DNA of 64,000 nt, taken from positions 1 to 64,000 of the forward strand of contig JAYODI010000023.1 in assembly GCA_038279365.1 (NCBI GenBank). Direction: 5' to 3'. How positions within the stretch are numbered: position 1 is the first letter of the stretch; every line of letters starts with the position of its first letter. The position numbers and the translations under genes were made by a program. This document shows, piece after piece, positions 9,716 to 19,877 of this stretch. Below the pieces are notes generated by a model. It had not been told where the DNA came from. It was given only the letters and a program-made list of their open reading frames with translations, and ran no database searches. Source of the DNA: Candidatus Latescibacterota bacterium. Its GTDB lineage: Bacteria > Latescibacterota > UBA2968.

Positions 9716-11740
9716 ATGACCCACATTCAACAAATCAAAACATGGCTTATTGCCAGCATTTTTATTGCTGTGCCATTGATCTATTCCCCAACGCTTAAAG
9801 ACCACACACTGGGGCCAAAGCTTTTTACGTGGCAAATAATATTGCTCGGCATCCTCATCTTGTGGTTTGTCGCCAAAGAAGGCTCATTTTATTTGCCCAA
9901 GTTAGCCATACCAGCATTGGTCTACACAGCGACAACATTGGTCACATCACCATTTGCAACACATCCCGATGTGGCCTATCTCGAAACGTCAAAAGTCGTA
10001 TCGGGTTTGATATTTTTCTTGATCTTATGCAATCACCTCACACATCAAAATATTCCCAAAATACTTTCTGTTTGTATAGGCGCGGGAATTATTGTGGCTC
10101 TTTTGGGAATGTGTGATTATTTGGGTTGGCGACCTTTTCGCATACCATCAGCGGGTTTGCCAAGTGCCACTTTGGGGTTTCGCAACATTGCCGCAATGTA
10201 CATGATACAAACGCTCCCGTTTGCCTTTGCCTTATTTGTAACCACAACAAAACATCACAAAGTAGCATTAACCGCCACGGCGCTCACTCTTATGGGAGCC
10301 TTTTTGGTATATACACGTAGCAGAGGCGCTTGGTTGGGTTTTGGGGTGGCTTCACTTACCACAGCCATATTATGGTATTATCTTCCGCCCACAAACATCT
10401 TACCCATTCTCAATCGACAAAAACAAAAATATATTGGCATAGCGTCCGTCGTTTTTATCTTATTCATAACCCTCCCGTCAGGCATGCAAAAACAAGGACC
10501 GCAAAGCATTGATGAAAAAAAGACCACCATTGGTCAAACCATTCAATCTGCCACTCAAGCAGGTGGTGATCGGGGGCGTTTAACCGTTTGGCGCAACACC
10601 CTTCCTCTTATCGCCACCCACCCTATATGGGGCATTGGACTGGGAAATTGGGCAGTGCATTATCCCATATACGACAAAGGCACACACATCACATTCAACT
10701 CAGCCCCCGAACGTCCTCATAACACCTTTTTATCTATTTGGGCCGAATTGGGCAGCATAGGATTGATCTCTTATTTATGGCTTTGTATCGCAACCATACG
10801 CCTGGGGGTTCGCCAACTCCAAAATTCACAAACCCGATGGGTGGCAGCTGCAGGGCTTGCCAGTTTTATTGCCATTCTCACACATAGTTTTTTTTCTTTT
10901 CCCAATGAACGCATTACACCCACACTTTTTTTTTGGTTTGTCCCCGCTCTTTTTGTGGCCTTGCATCCATCTAAAAAACCTTTTCCCCACAAACTGAGTA
11001 AAGGCATATTGGGAATATTATTGGTCATAACAGCATTACAACTCGCCTTAACTTGGCGTGTCATTCAATTTGATTCTTGGCTTTTCCAAGCCACACAATC
11101 AGAGCGCGTAGGAAATTGGTCAGCCGTTGCCACCCAAACAGAAAAGGCACTCAGCTATGGTGAATTTCATTCGGAAGCATTTATTTTGCGAGGGTATGCA
11201 CTCAATACATTAGGTGATTACACAACATCATTGTCGCATTATCAATATGCCATACAAAAACGACCTTATGACCTCCAACTCCTCAATGGCTTAGCCATTT
11301 CAGCCCAAAGTCTTCAACAATACGAATTGGCTCACCAAACCTATTTAAAAGCACTCCAAATAGTTGACAGCGCAGACACACGATATAATTTGGCTGGGCT
11401 TCTATTGCTATCGGGGCATGCTGAAGATGCAGCCAAACAATACACACATGTTTTACAAATTGAACAACCTTCTTTAGATCTTTATTATCATCTCTCCTTG
11501 GCCTTTTTTTTGGCACATGCATCACAAAAGGCACAAAAAGTTTTACAACAAGCCTTTGCACTTGTGCCCAACCATGCCCAAGCACACTTTGAATGGATTG
11601 AAACGCTTTATAACAGACATCGCAAACCCGCACTGGCCAGCGTCTATTATCAAACCTTCATTCAGTTTTGGCAGGGCACATCTCAAGATCTTGAACAAGC
11701 CCAAAAACGCTTAAATGAACTGCAACAAATGAAACCTTAA
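9716..11740 (+). CDS. O-antigen ligase/OTase-like + TPR protein, paralog 5
   Basis: YTRSRGAW, GDRGR, RPHNTFL, more degenerate TPRs, FWQGT. Confidence 0.85.
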   Translation: MTHIQQIKTWLIASIFIAVPLIYSPTLKDHTLGPKLFTWQIILLGILILWFVAKEGSFYLPKLAIPALVYTATTLVTSPFATHPDVAYLETSKVVSGLIFFLILCNHLTHQNIPKILSVCIGAGIIVALLGMCDYLGWRPFRIPSAGLPSATLGFRNIAAMYMIQTLPFAFALFVTTTKHHKVALTATALTLMGAFLVYTRSRGAWLGFGVASLTTAILWYYLPPTNILPILNRQKQKYIGIASVVFILFITLPSGMQKQGPQSIDEKKTTIGQTIQSATQAGGDRGRLTVWRNTLPLIATHPIWGIGLGNWAVHYPIYDKGTHITFNSAPERPHNTFLSIWAELGSIGLISYLWLCIATIRLGVRQLQNSQTRWVAAAGLASFIAILTHSFFSFPNERITPTLFFWFVPALFVALHPSKKPFPHKLSKGILGILLVITALQLALTWRVIQFDSWLFQATQSERVGNWSAVATQTEKALSYGEFHSEAFILRGYALNTLGDYTTSLSHYQYAIQKRPYDLQLLNGLAISAQSLQQYELAHQTYLKALQIVDSADTRYNLAGLLLLSGHAEDAAKQYTHVLQIEQPSLDLYYHLSLAFFLAHASQKAQKVLQQAFALVPNHAQAHFEWIETLYNRHRKPALASVYYQTFIQFWQGTSQDLEQAQKRLNELQQMKP

Positions 11741-11769
11741 ACCTATCTGACATTTATAGGTCATTGCTC

Positions 11770-14046
11770 ATGAAAACAGACTTTTTACGCCTAACACTTT
11801 GTATCACATTTGGTATTGTGCCACTCGTATACCTTCAGGAAATCTATGCATTTACACTGCTTCCCAAACGATTGGCATTTTTTGTAGGCATGATATTCAT
11901 TTCTATCGGGTGGCTCATACGCATACTCAAAAATGAATCGCCACATATTTCTCGTTCTCCTGCTATCACTTGTTTGATTGGCCTATCTGTCATTGCCATA
12001 GCCTCTCTCTACCAAACGACACACCCTCTTGACAGCCTCTTTGAGATCACCTATCAACTTGCGCTGGTAAACCTCTTTTTTATTTCGGCCAGCACACTCA
12101 ACAAAGAGGATATTTTTGCGCTGTTATGGACAATCACCCTCACAGGTTTGATTGTTTCCATCATAGGCATATTGCAATATCACAATTTGGCATTTACAGA
12201 TATACCCAGCAATGGCCACCCCAGTTCAACATTTGGCTTTCGCAATTTTGCAGCCATGTACCTCATTGGTGCCATCCCTCTTGCATGTTTTATCTTTTTG
12301 AAAAGCCGCACCATAACAAGCCAAACCTTATCTATATGTGCGCTTTCAACCATGCTCATTTTTCTCATGTATACCCGCACCAGAGGTGCTTGGGGTGGGT
12401 TGGGAGTCGCGTGTTTACTCATCATCGGCATACTGCTGATACATCCTAAGTTTCGTCTTTTGTGGAAAGAAACATTATCTGCCTCACAAACTTCGCACCA
12501 AAATTATCTTCTCTTGGGGGGGGTATGTGCCATTGCAATATTTGCCCCACTTTCACCACAATTTAGTGACACGGGCATACAACGTTTTGACGAAAAAAAA
12601 TCGGACATTACCACTGCCGTAACATCCGTATTTCAAGTTGGGGGAGATCGTGGGCGATTGCAAATGTGGGCAAATACACTTGAATTAATCACCGATTACC
12701 CATTTTTCGGTGTTGGCATAGGTGGATGGAAACGTATTTATCCCCACTACGACAATGGTGCCATGATTCGCCAAAATTCATCTCCCGTTCGTCCACACAA
12801 CGATTACCTATGGATTGCGTCAGAATCTGGCCTTGTTGGCTTCATCTTCTATATTTCATTTTTAACCCTGGTCTTCATTTCGCTATATCGACAAAGCATT
12901 ATCCCCTCTCAGATTTTGCAAACATCATTGTTCGCCATAGCCATATTGGCCATATTGGGACATTCGTTTTTTAGCTTTCCCAAAGAACACCCACAATCTG
13001 CCATGTTACTCTATGCCCTGTGTGGCATTGCCATAGGCGGGTTGCCACACACACCCTTGTCTCATAAATGGGGTTCGTGTTTGGCCATCGTCTTTGCACT
13101 TCATGCTTTAGGTGCTTCAGCACTGTGCTATCGTTATGTCCTTTTCGACCATGAATATTTCAATGCACTCATCGCAGAAGACCAAGACGATTGGCAAACC
13201 GTCGAAATTGCAACTCAAACAGGGTTGTCTTATGGTGAATTTCGATCTCATATGTGGATTATTGCCGGTCGCATGGCCGAGAACAAACAACAATATGACA
13301 TGGCACAAAAAGCCTACACACGAGCACTCACCTTATCGCCATATAGTTGGCATGCACATAATGGGTTGGGCATTGTCTTTAAACGTCAAAACAATTATGA
13401 CCAAGCATTGATGCATTATAACGAAGCGCTGCATTACTTCCCGGGCCAAAACAATCCAAACAGTGTCGGGATTCGCACCAATTTGGGAGCACTTTACAAA
13501 AGCATGGGCAAACTTCGAGAAGCCGAAATGGAATATCGACAAATATTAGCCACAAACCCAGAGCATGCTGGTGCAAACAACAATATGGGTAATTTTTACA
13601 AAGCCATAGGCCAAACCGATAGCGCATTGGTTGCTTATCAAATGGCTCTTCAAACCGATTCAACGCTCGTGCAAGCCCATTTTAACATTGCTGACCTATA
13701 TTTGAAAATGAAACACCCCGAAGAAGCCCTTCATCATGCCCAAATGGCCGCACAATTACACCCAAACCAAGCACATATTTTATGGGGTTTGGGGTTGGCT
13801 TTGGAGGCCAACAAATACCCCAAGGATGCGCTTCTCGCTTATCAACAGGCCCTTGAAATTGATCCCCAACACCACCAAGCACGTTTTAGTTTGGCCAATT
13901 TATACTTCTCTTTAAGCCAATATGCCGATGCAAAACACAATTATCAGGTTTTTGTGGATCACTGGCAAGGTGACCCCAAATTTGCACAATTTGCCAAAGA
14001 ACGAATTGCAACCAGTGAAAATTACTATCGCCGAACACTAAAATAA
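11770..14046 (+). CDS. O-antigen ligase/OTase-like + TPR protein, paralog 6
   Basis: YTRTRGAW, GDRGR, RPHNDYLW, long TPR array, HWQGD. Confidence 0.85.
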   Translation: MKTDFLRLTLCITFGIVPLVYLQEIYAFTLLPKRLAFFVGMIFISIGWLIRILKNESPHISRSPAITCLIGLSVIAIASLYQTTHPLDSLFEITYQLALVNLFFISASTLNKEDIFALLWTITLTGLIVSIIGILQYHNLAFTDIPSNGHPSSTFGFRNFAAMYLIGAIPLACFIFLKSRTITSQTLSICALSTMLIFLMYTRTRGAWGGLGVACLLIIGILLIHPKFRLLWKETLSASQTSHQNYLLLGGVCAIAIFAPLSPQFSDTGIQRFDEKKSDITTAVTSVFQVGGDRGRLQMWANTLELITDYPFFGVGIGGWKRIYPHYDNGAMIRQNSSPVRPHNDYLWIASESGLVGFIFYISFLTLVFISLYRQSIIPSQILQTSLFAIAILAILGHSFFSFPKEHPQSAMLLYALCGIAIGGLPHTPLSHKWGSCLAIVFALHALGASALCYRYVLFDHEYFNALIAEDQDDWQTVEIATQTGLSYGEFRSHMWIIAGRMAENKQQYDMAQKAYTRALTLSPYSWHAHNGLGIVFKRQNNYDQALMHYNEALHYFPGQNNPNSVGIRTNLGALYKSMGKLREAEMEYRQILATNPEHAGANNNMGNFYKAIGQTDSALVAYQMALQTDSTLVQAHFNIADLYLKMKHPEEALHHAQMAAQLHPNQAHILWGLGLALEANKYPKDALLAYQQALEIDPQHHQARFSLANLYFSLSQYADAKHNYQVFVDHWQGDPKFAQFAKERIATSENYYRRTLK

Positions 14047-14429
14047 AAGCGGATGTGCTTGACGCACACCCGCTTCGTAAATCATAAAATATCAACACAT
14101 TACCTATCGCAATTGACGCAAAGCCTCAAATCGACGCGATTTTTGATCTTGATATTCAACCACAATCATCGATAAAATACCCAACACCACCAAAGAAACG
14201 CCCAAAAAAGGAATGATCCAAAATCCCATAACTAACCTCACAATTCAATAGACATCCGCCATGTATATCCTTATTCTTACTTATCGGCGCATTTAAAAAA
14301 AACTTTGGTAAAATCTTTTGTACGAAAGACATTTTAAGAAATTGGTTGTGCAAATGCCTGTAGCTTGATAAATTATACGGTCTCAGTACAGAATTCACAA
14401 TATCCAAAGCGTGTAAGGAGGTGAACAGC

Positions 14430-14687
14430 TTGCCCAAATTGCCCTCATCTAAAAAACGTCTGCGTCAGGCAGAAAAGGCCCGAGTTCGTAACAAGGGTGT
14501 GCGCACATTGTTGCGTTCTACAATTAAAAAAGTAATGGCCACAACATCCAAAACAGAAGCAGAAGCCCTATTAGGCCCCGCACAATCTACGATCGACAAG
14601 ACATTGAAAAAAGGCGTCATTCATAGCAACGCTGCTGCACGGTATAAATCAAAAATCACACGCTATGTAGGTGCCCTTCAAGCATAA
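14430..14687 (+). CDS. rpsT: 30S ribosomal protein S20
   Basis: SSKKRLRQAEKARVRNK...KGVIHSNAAARYKS; SD AGGAGGTG precedes a TTG start at 14430. Confidence 0.95.
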   Translation: MPKLPSSKKRLRQAEKARVRNKGVRTLLRSTIKKVMATTSKTEAEALLGPAQSTIDKTLKKGVIHSNAAARYKSKITRYVGALQA

Positions 14688-14720
14688 AAAAAACCCGGTG
14701 TTGCACACCGGGTTTTTTTT
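14686..14720. terminator. bidirectional intrinsic terminator
   Basis: A-tract, ACCCGGTG/CACCGGGT stem, T-tract; lies between convergent rpsT and cysK. Confidence 0.9.
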
Positions 14721-14736
14721 ATGTCCACACCCTCGT

Positions 14737-15663
14737 TTATCCAAACAAAAACGTGCCCAAATACCGCTCACCCGTATCGCATAACACAGTAACAACCTTT
14801 TGATTGGGTTTCATCTCTTTGGCCACTTCCACGGCTGCATGCACATTTGCCCCCGACGATATGCCCGCCAACACACCTTCCTCTTTGGCCAACCGCCGCG
14901 CCATCTGCCGAGCCTCTGCATTAGACACTGCAATCACACGATCCAAAATTTCTTGATTTAAAATGGGTGGAATCATGCCGGCACCCAAACCATCTATCTC
15001 CGTAGGTCCTGGTGCACCACCAGACAATACGGCAGAATCTTGTGGTTCAACACCAACGATTATCACTTCTGGATTTGCACCTTTAAGCACCTCTCCAACC
15101 CCAGTGACCGTTCCCCCAGTACCCACTCCCGCAACAAATGCATCTGGTACACCATCCATTTGTTTCATGATCTCTTTGGCCGTTGTCTGTCGGTGAATCT
15201 CTGGATTGGCTTGGTTCTCAAACTGTTTGGGCATAAAACAAGCCCCATACTCGTCTTTCAAGTTTTGGGCTTTTTCAATGGTTCCCCGCATACCTTCATA
15301 GGCCGATGTTAAAACCACTTCTGCACCAAAAGCTTTGAGCAACTTGGTGCGCTCATCACTCACGCCCTCTGGCATTGTGATGACCAGCCGATATCCTTTT
15401 ACAGCCGCCACCATCGCAAGACCAATACCCGTGTTGCCACTTGTCGACTCAATAATGGTCATACCAGGTTTTAAAAGCCCTTGGTTTTCTGCGGCCTCAA
15501 CCATTGCCAAAGCAGTGCGATCTTTAACACTTCCAGCAGGATTAAAAAATTCTAACTTAGCCCAAATTTGGGCTCCGTTCAATGGCCCAACGCGATTTAA
15601 GCGCACCATTGGGGTGGCACCAATAAGATCTAAGATCGTCTGCCCAGTTCTCAAGTTATCCAT
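14737..15663 (-). CDS. cysK: cysteine synthase A (PLP)
   Basis: KLEFFNPAGSVKDR, ESTSGNTG, GVGTGGT, DTGERYL; likely start MDNLRTG. Confidence 0.9.
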   Translation of the reverse strand: MDNLRTGQTILDLIGATPMVRLNRVGPLNGAQIWAKLEFFNPAGSVKDRTALAMVEAAENQGLLKPGMTIIESTSGNTGIGLAMVAAVKGYRLVITMPEGVSDERTKLLKAFGAEVVLTSAYEGMRGTIEKAQNLKDEYGACFMPKQFENQANPEIHRQTTAKEIMKQMDGVPDAFVAGVGTGGTVTGVGEVLKGANPEVIIVGVEPQDSAVLSGGAPGPTEIDGLGAGMIPPILNQEILDRVIAVSNAEARQMARRLAKEEGVLAGISSGANVHAAVEVAKEMKPNQKVVTVLCDTGERYLGTFLFG

Positions 15664-15664
15664 A

Positions 15665-16099
15665 TCAAATCCGGAACATAAAATTTGCCTGTTGCATCTG
15701 CTGCTTTTTACATAAATCAGCAAATGTCACAGCAAATAAAACATCATTAATGGCGTTTTCAACCGCCAACCAAACATCTCTCAAAACATCTACTTCGGCA
15801 CCATCTGGAATACGTGCCTCACTTTTACCAACCAAATCTACAGGCCCTTCCAATGCGGCCAACACATCCCCAACAGAAACTTCCTCGGGTCGCTTAACAA
15901 GTTGGTGCCCACCTTTAGGCCCTCTTACACTGCGTACCACTCCAGCTTTACCCAATAAATTGAGCAACTGAACCAAATAAGCTTCGGGAATTTGTTGACG
16001 TGTCGCAATATCGGCACTCAAAATGGAACCATGCCCATAATGCAACGCCAAATCAAAAACTGCGCGCAGCCCATAATTGCCTTTGGCAGAAATATGCAT
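15665..16099 (-). CDS. Rrf2-family regulator (CymR-like, lacks the IscR Cys triad)
   Basis: YGLRAVFDLA...YLVQLL..L.KAG.V.SVRGPKGG. Confidence 0.9.
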   Translation of the reverse strand: MHISAKGNYGLRAVFDLALHYGHGSILSADIATRQQIPEAYLVQLLNLLGKAGVVRSVRGPKGGHQLVKRPEEVSVGDVLAALEGPVDLVGKSEARIPDGAEVDVLRDVWLAVENAINDVLFAVTFADLCKKQQMQQANFMFRI

Positions 16100-16127
16100 G
16101 CAAACCTCATAAAATCAGAAAGGAGTG

Positions 16128-16188
16128 AAAAAAGAGGATTGAAGAAACAGCATTCACCACGCTTCTGCCTTCTTTCATCTTCCTTCTC
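16128..16188 (-). terminator. long imperfect hairpin plus U-tract between the sulfur carrier gene and rrf2
   Basis: Minus strand AGAGGA...GGCAG...CTGTT...TCCTCT followed by a T-run. Confidence 0.45.
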
Positions 16189-16467
16189 TTAACACCCACC
16201 TGCAATTGCAGGTACTATTGTCATCTGATCGCCATCTTTCAGCGCAGAATCTGGGCCATCGAGAAACCGAATATCTTCTTCATTGACATAAATATTCACA
16301 AAACGTCGAATAGCACCCGATTCATCTGCAATTTTTTCTTTAATGCCACTGTGTTTTGCTTCTAAATTGTCAATAACCTCTCCCACAGTAGCACCTTCAA
16401 TAGCCACTTCGGCCTGATCATTGGTAAATTTGCGCAAAGGTGTTGGAATTCGAACAGTAACGGCCAT
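16189..16467 (-). CDS. MoaD/ThiS-family sulfur carrier (CysO-like), ends GG-C
   Basis: VTVRIPTPLRKFT...RRFVNIYVNEEDIRFL...IVPAIAGGC; SD AAGGAGG. Confidence 0.9.
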   Translation of the reverse strand: MAVTVRIPTPLRKFTNDQAEVAIEGATVGEVIDNLEAKHSGIKEKIADESGAIRRFVNIYVNEEDIRFLDGPDSALKDGDQMTIVPAIAGGC

Positions 16468-16496
16468 GTGAAACCTCCTTAAAATAATATTCAAAG

Positions 16497-17528
16497 TTAT
16501 CTTTCAATATAAAACGGTTCTGGTGGTTGCCACTGTGCCATACACAACAGCCGATCAACCAAGAGTTCAGGGACATCTAATGCAAATGCGGGCACTTGAG
16601 GCAAATTCTTGCGCATCAAGTCATCATATTCCGTAAGCACATCTGGCACCCTACGGTGATGTGCATCTGATATTAAAGCACCAGCATATTCACCACTCAC
16701 AATCGCCAAAGCAACACCACCACCACAAAAAGGCTCCGACAATCCTCCAGCATCCCCCACAAGCAACACACCATCATCTTGCATTTTTTTGAGCGGTCCA
16801 TTTACTGGCAACAAACCACCCGTGGCGCCCAAAATACCGTCATACACCTGCCCATTGGCAATTAAACGCCCCATAAAGTGATTGAGCCAATACTTGAGAT
16901 GGCGTGCATGCGCACGCAACAGTCCCACCCCAATGCGCGCCGTCTGACCACAGGGTACAAACCAAGCAATACCTGGCAAATCATCGGTGACATAATAGGT
17001 CAGCCACTCTTGTGCGCTTTTAATACCCACTTCATATTGCAATGAAGCATAAAAACGGCGGTTGGCCAACCCCAGTGAACGTCCGATAATCGAAGACGGC
17101 CCATCTGCTCCTAATAAAAACTGTGCGCCAAAAGAAGCTTCCAACCCGTTTCGTCGCCCTATTACCCCTGTTCCATCGCGCCTCAATACCAAGGCTTGGG
17201 CCAAATCGGCGCCAGCTTCTAAAGCATGAATGGCCAAATTTTTATCAAAACGCGTACGATCTAAAATACAACCAGGGGCCACAATTTCACGCATACGCCC
17301 CTGCCTATCAATAACTCGGAAACCATTTACAAGCTGAATAATGGCACTGTCATCAACATCTGTTCGCGTGCGAACCCATGCAGGCACATACCCAGCACAG
17401 CGGGGTGGTGTGCCAACCGAGCGACGACGATCAATGATCATGACAGATAAGCCACGATCAGCAGCCACGCGCGCAGCCGTTGCACCCGCAGGGCCACAGC
17501 CCACCACAATCAAATCAAAACGATCCAG
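16497..17528 (-). CDS. geranylgeranyl-reductase-family FAD-dependent oxidoreductase
   Basis: DLIVVGCGPAG, PPRCAG, LDRTRFD, GADG, VGDAGG; start uncertain (CTG 17528 or TTG 17513). Confidence 0.8.
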   Translation of the reverse strand: MDRFDLIVVGCGPAGATAARVAADRGLSVMIIDRRRSVGTPPRCAGYVPAWVRTRTDVDDSAIIQLVNGFRVIDRQGRMREIVAPGCILDRTRFDKNLAIHALEAGADLAQALVLRRDGTGVIGRRNGLEASFGAQFLLGADGPSSIIGRSLGLANRRFYASLQYEVGIKSAQEWLTYYVTDDLPGIAWFVPCGQTARIGVGLLRAHARHLKYWLNHFMGRLIANGQVYDGILGATGGLLPVNGPLKKMQDDGVLLVGDAGGLSEPFCGGGVALAIVSGEYAGALISDAHHRRVPDVLTEYDDLMRKNLPQVPAFALDVPELLVDRLLCMAQWQPPEPFYIER

Positions 17529-17542
17529 AAAAATGTATCCTT

Positions 17543-17989
17543 TTAGGGGATCTGCTCAAATGTCGATGTCTGATCACACCACTGAAATACTTTACGACCT
17601 GCTTCATCAACGCGACCATCTTTAACTGGTATCACAGGATAAACCACACCAGGATATGCCGGTTCACCAAAAAACATGGCTGCATTTTGATCTTCTTCAG
17701 AAAAATAAGCATCCACATCAATATGTGAATGATAGATCGCAACCATTTGCCCCTCTTTACTTTCTGCTTCCCTTTGAATACGCATCACTTGCATGTCATC
17801 CATGCGATAGGCCAGTTTAGAGGTGCGTGGATGGGTTTGAGGATCTGCAGCATGAAGTTTGTCTTGAATATTTTCACATCGATGAACCGTCAGGTTGCCT
17901 TGTACGTTTGTAATAATACCGCAACACTCTGCTGGATAATCTGCTTTGGCATGTGCAAACATTTCATTCCATATCTCTTCACCAAACAT
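17543..17989 (-). CDS. JAMM/M67 metallopeptidase (Mec-like CysO-cysteine peptidase)
   Basis: YPAECCG and YHSHIDVDAYFSEED (E...HSH...S..D JAMM motif). Confidence 0.9.
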   Translation of the reverse strand: MFGEEIWNEMFAHAKADYPAECCGIITNVQGNLTVHRCENIQDKLHAADPQTHPRTSKLAYRMDDMQVMRIQREAESKEGQMVAIYHSHIDVDAYFSEEDQNAAMFFGEPAYPGVVYPVIPVKDGRVDEAGRKVFQWCDQTSTFEQIP

Positions 17990-17991
17990 CT

Positions 17992-18936
17992 TTACCCCCG
18001 CTTATCCAAGCGCCAAAGAGGCGTACTCATATACTTTTCACCACTATCGGGAAACAATGTCACCACCACACCCTCATCTAATGTCTCAGCTACTTTTAAA
18101 GCCCCAACCATCGCCGCACCACACGATTGCCCCACCAACAACCCCAACTGATGTGTCAAACGACGGGCAGCATCATATGCTTCTTCTGTATCAACCTGCA
18201 CTTTTTGATCCCACACCGACGTATCATAAATGCCAGGGATAATTGAAACATCCATATTTTTTAATCCTTCAATGCCATGAAACTCGGGAGGTTCCACAGC
18301 AACCACTTGGATATTGGGGTTTAATTCTTTCAGCCGTCGGCCAGTACCAATAAGGGTTCCACTGGTGCCCAATGTGGCCACAAAATGTGTCACTCGCCCT
18401 TGTGTTTGCATCCAAATCTCAGGAGCCGTATGTAAATAATGGGCCTTAGGGTTTGAAGGATTGTTATACTGATCGGGTTTGTAATAACGTTCTGGATCTT
18501 TGGCCAACACCTCTCGGCACATCACAATAGCCCCATCAGAGCCTTCTAATGGATCACTCAAAATCAGTTCAGCACCATAAGCCTGAATGACATACCTTCG
18601 TTCAATGCTCACACTTGAAGGCATCACCAATTCAACGCGGTATCCTTTAACAGCCCCAATCATGGCATAGGCAATGCCCGTATTACCAGAAGTAGAATCA
18701 AGAATCACCTTTCCTGGGGTAAGCAAACCCGATTCTTCCGCATCCAAAATCATCTGTAACGCCGGGCGATCTTTTACGGACCCACCGGGATTAAACATCT
18801 CTAATTTTGCCCACACTTCCACATTGGGCTTCAGATGATCTGTCAGTTTGCGAATACGCAAAATGGGTGTGTTGCCAATTTCATCTAAAATTGTTTTGCG
18901 AATCATCTGCGTTTGAGAAACGGTATTCATAAGCAT
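17992..18936 (-). CDS. cysM: cysteine synthase B/CysM-type, probably sulfur-carrier dependent
   Basis: NPGGSVKDRPA, DSTSGNTG, LGTSGT, PDSGEKYMST; adjacent to JAMM and carrier genes. Confidence 0.8.
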   Translation of the reverse strand: MLMNTVSQTQMIRKTILDEIGNTPILRIRKLTDHLKPNVEVWAKLEMFNPGGSVKDRPALQMILDAEESGLLTPGKVILDSTSGNTGIAYAMIGAVKGYRVELVMPSSVSIERRYVIQAYGAELILSDPLEGSDGAIVMCREVLAKDPERYYKPDQYNNPSNPKAHYLHTAPEIWMQTQGRVTHFVATLGTSGTLIGTGRRLKELNPNIQVVAVEPPEFHGIEGLKNMDVSIIPGIYDTSVWDQKVQVDTEEAYDAARRLTHQLGLLVGQSCGAAMVGALKVAETLDEGVVVTLFPDSGEKYMSTPLWRLDKRG

Positions 18937-19012
18937 CCAAATAAAAACGAAGGCCCCCGAAGGGACACCATAAGTGGCCTTGGGGGCCCGATCACAGACA
19001 GATTAAAATAAG

Positions 19013-19037
19013 ATTCTTGAGCGATAAAATCAAGAAT
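19013..19037. promoter_or_regulatory. 25-bp palindromic Rrf2-type operator upstream of cysM
   Basis: ATTCTTGA-N9-TCAAGAAT, same geometry as IscR type-1 sites. Confidence 0.55.
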
Positions 19038-19051
19038 CTTGTGATCAGACA

Positions 19052-19807
19052 TTATTCAGCATCAACAACAACACCCTCTGAAGGTGCAATGGGTTGTAAA
19101 AATGTGTGAATACCACACTCTGTTTTGGCCTGCCCTTCCCAACGCCCAGCCCGTTCATCGGCATCGGCACCAGCAGGCATTGTACAGGGCCAGCACCCCA
19201 CACTGGGATATCCTTGGTCCATCAATGGGTTGTAAGGAATTTGGTGCTCAAGAATATAATCCCAAGTTTTTTTACGCGTCCAGGTAGCCATAGGATTGAG
19301 CTTCAGCAATGCCCGACTATCGGTCTCGTAATATTCCAGTATAGGAATGTCTTTGCGGGTGGTGCCTTGATCGCGACGGCGACTGTTAATCCACCCATCC
19401 AATTCGCCTAATTTGCGTTGGAGTGGCTCAACTTTGCGAATCCAACAACAACGATCAGAATCTGAGCGATAAAGCTCAGCACCATAATCATGATTTTGCT
19501 CTTCAATGGTCAAGCGGGGCAAAACCGATTCTATCTCAATGCCATACTTTTCTTCTACACGCGCTTTTAAATCGAGTGTTTCTTGAAAAAGAAAACCTGT
19601 ATCAATGGTAAAAATAGGAATTTCAGGCACATATTTTTGTATCACATCTAACAAAACCATACCGCTTGCGCCAAATGCTGTACCAAAAGCAACACGTGGC
19701 CCCAAAGCATTCCACGCCCATTGCAATATTTCTTCTAAAGGTGCATTTTCAAACGCATCCGATTGATGCTTTATTGTTGTGCGATCTAAAGCCACAAAAA
19801 ACCTCAT
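19052..19807 (-). CDS. cysH: APS/PAPS reductase (Fe-S APS type)
   Basis: IDTGFLF, CCWIRKVEPL, YPSVGCWPCT, ECGIH. Confidence 0.9.
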   Translation of the reverse strand: MRFFVALDRTTIKHQSDAFENAPLEEILQWAWNALGPRVAFGTAFGASGMVLLDVIQKYVPEIPIFTIDTGFLFQETLDLKARVEEKYGIEIESVLPRLTIEEQNHDYGAELYRSDSDRCCWIRKVEPLQRKLGELDGWINSRRRDQGTTRKDIPILEYYETDSRALLKLNPMATWTRKKTWDYILEHQIPYNPLMDQGYPSVGCWPCTMPAGADADERAGRWEGQAKTECGIHTFLQPIAPSEGVVVDAE

Positions 19808-19848
19808 GATTAAAATATGCCCGCGAATTCTTGAGTTACTTGATTCAC

Positions 19849-19877
19849 AATATATACAAACAATGAAGCACTGTCAA
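19849..19877 (-). promoter_or_regulatory. sigma70 promoter of cysH
   Basis: TTGACA-17 nt-TATATT on the minus strand. Confidence 0.7.
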
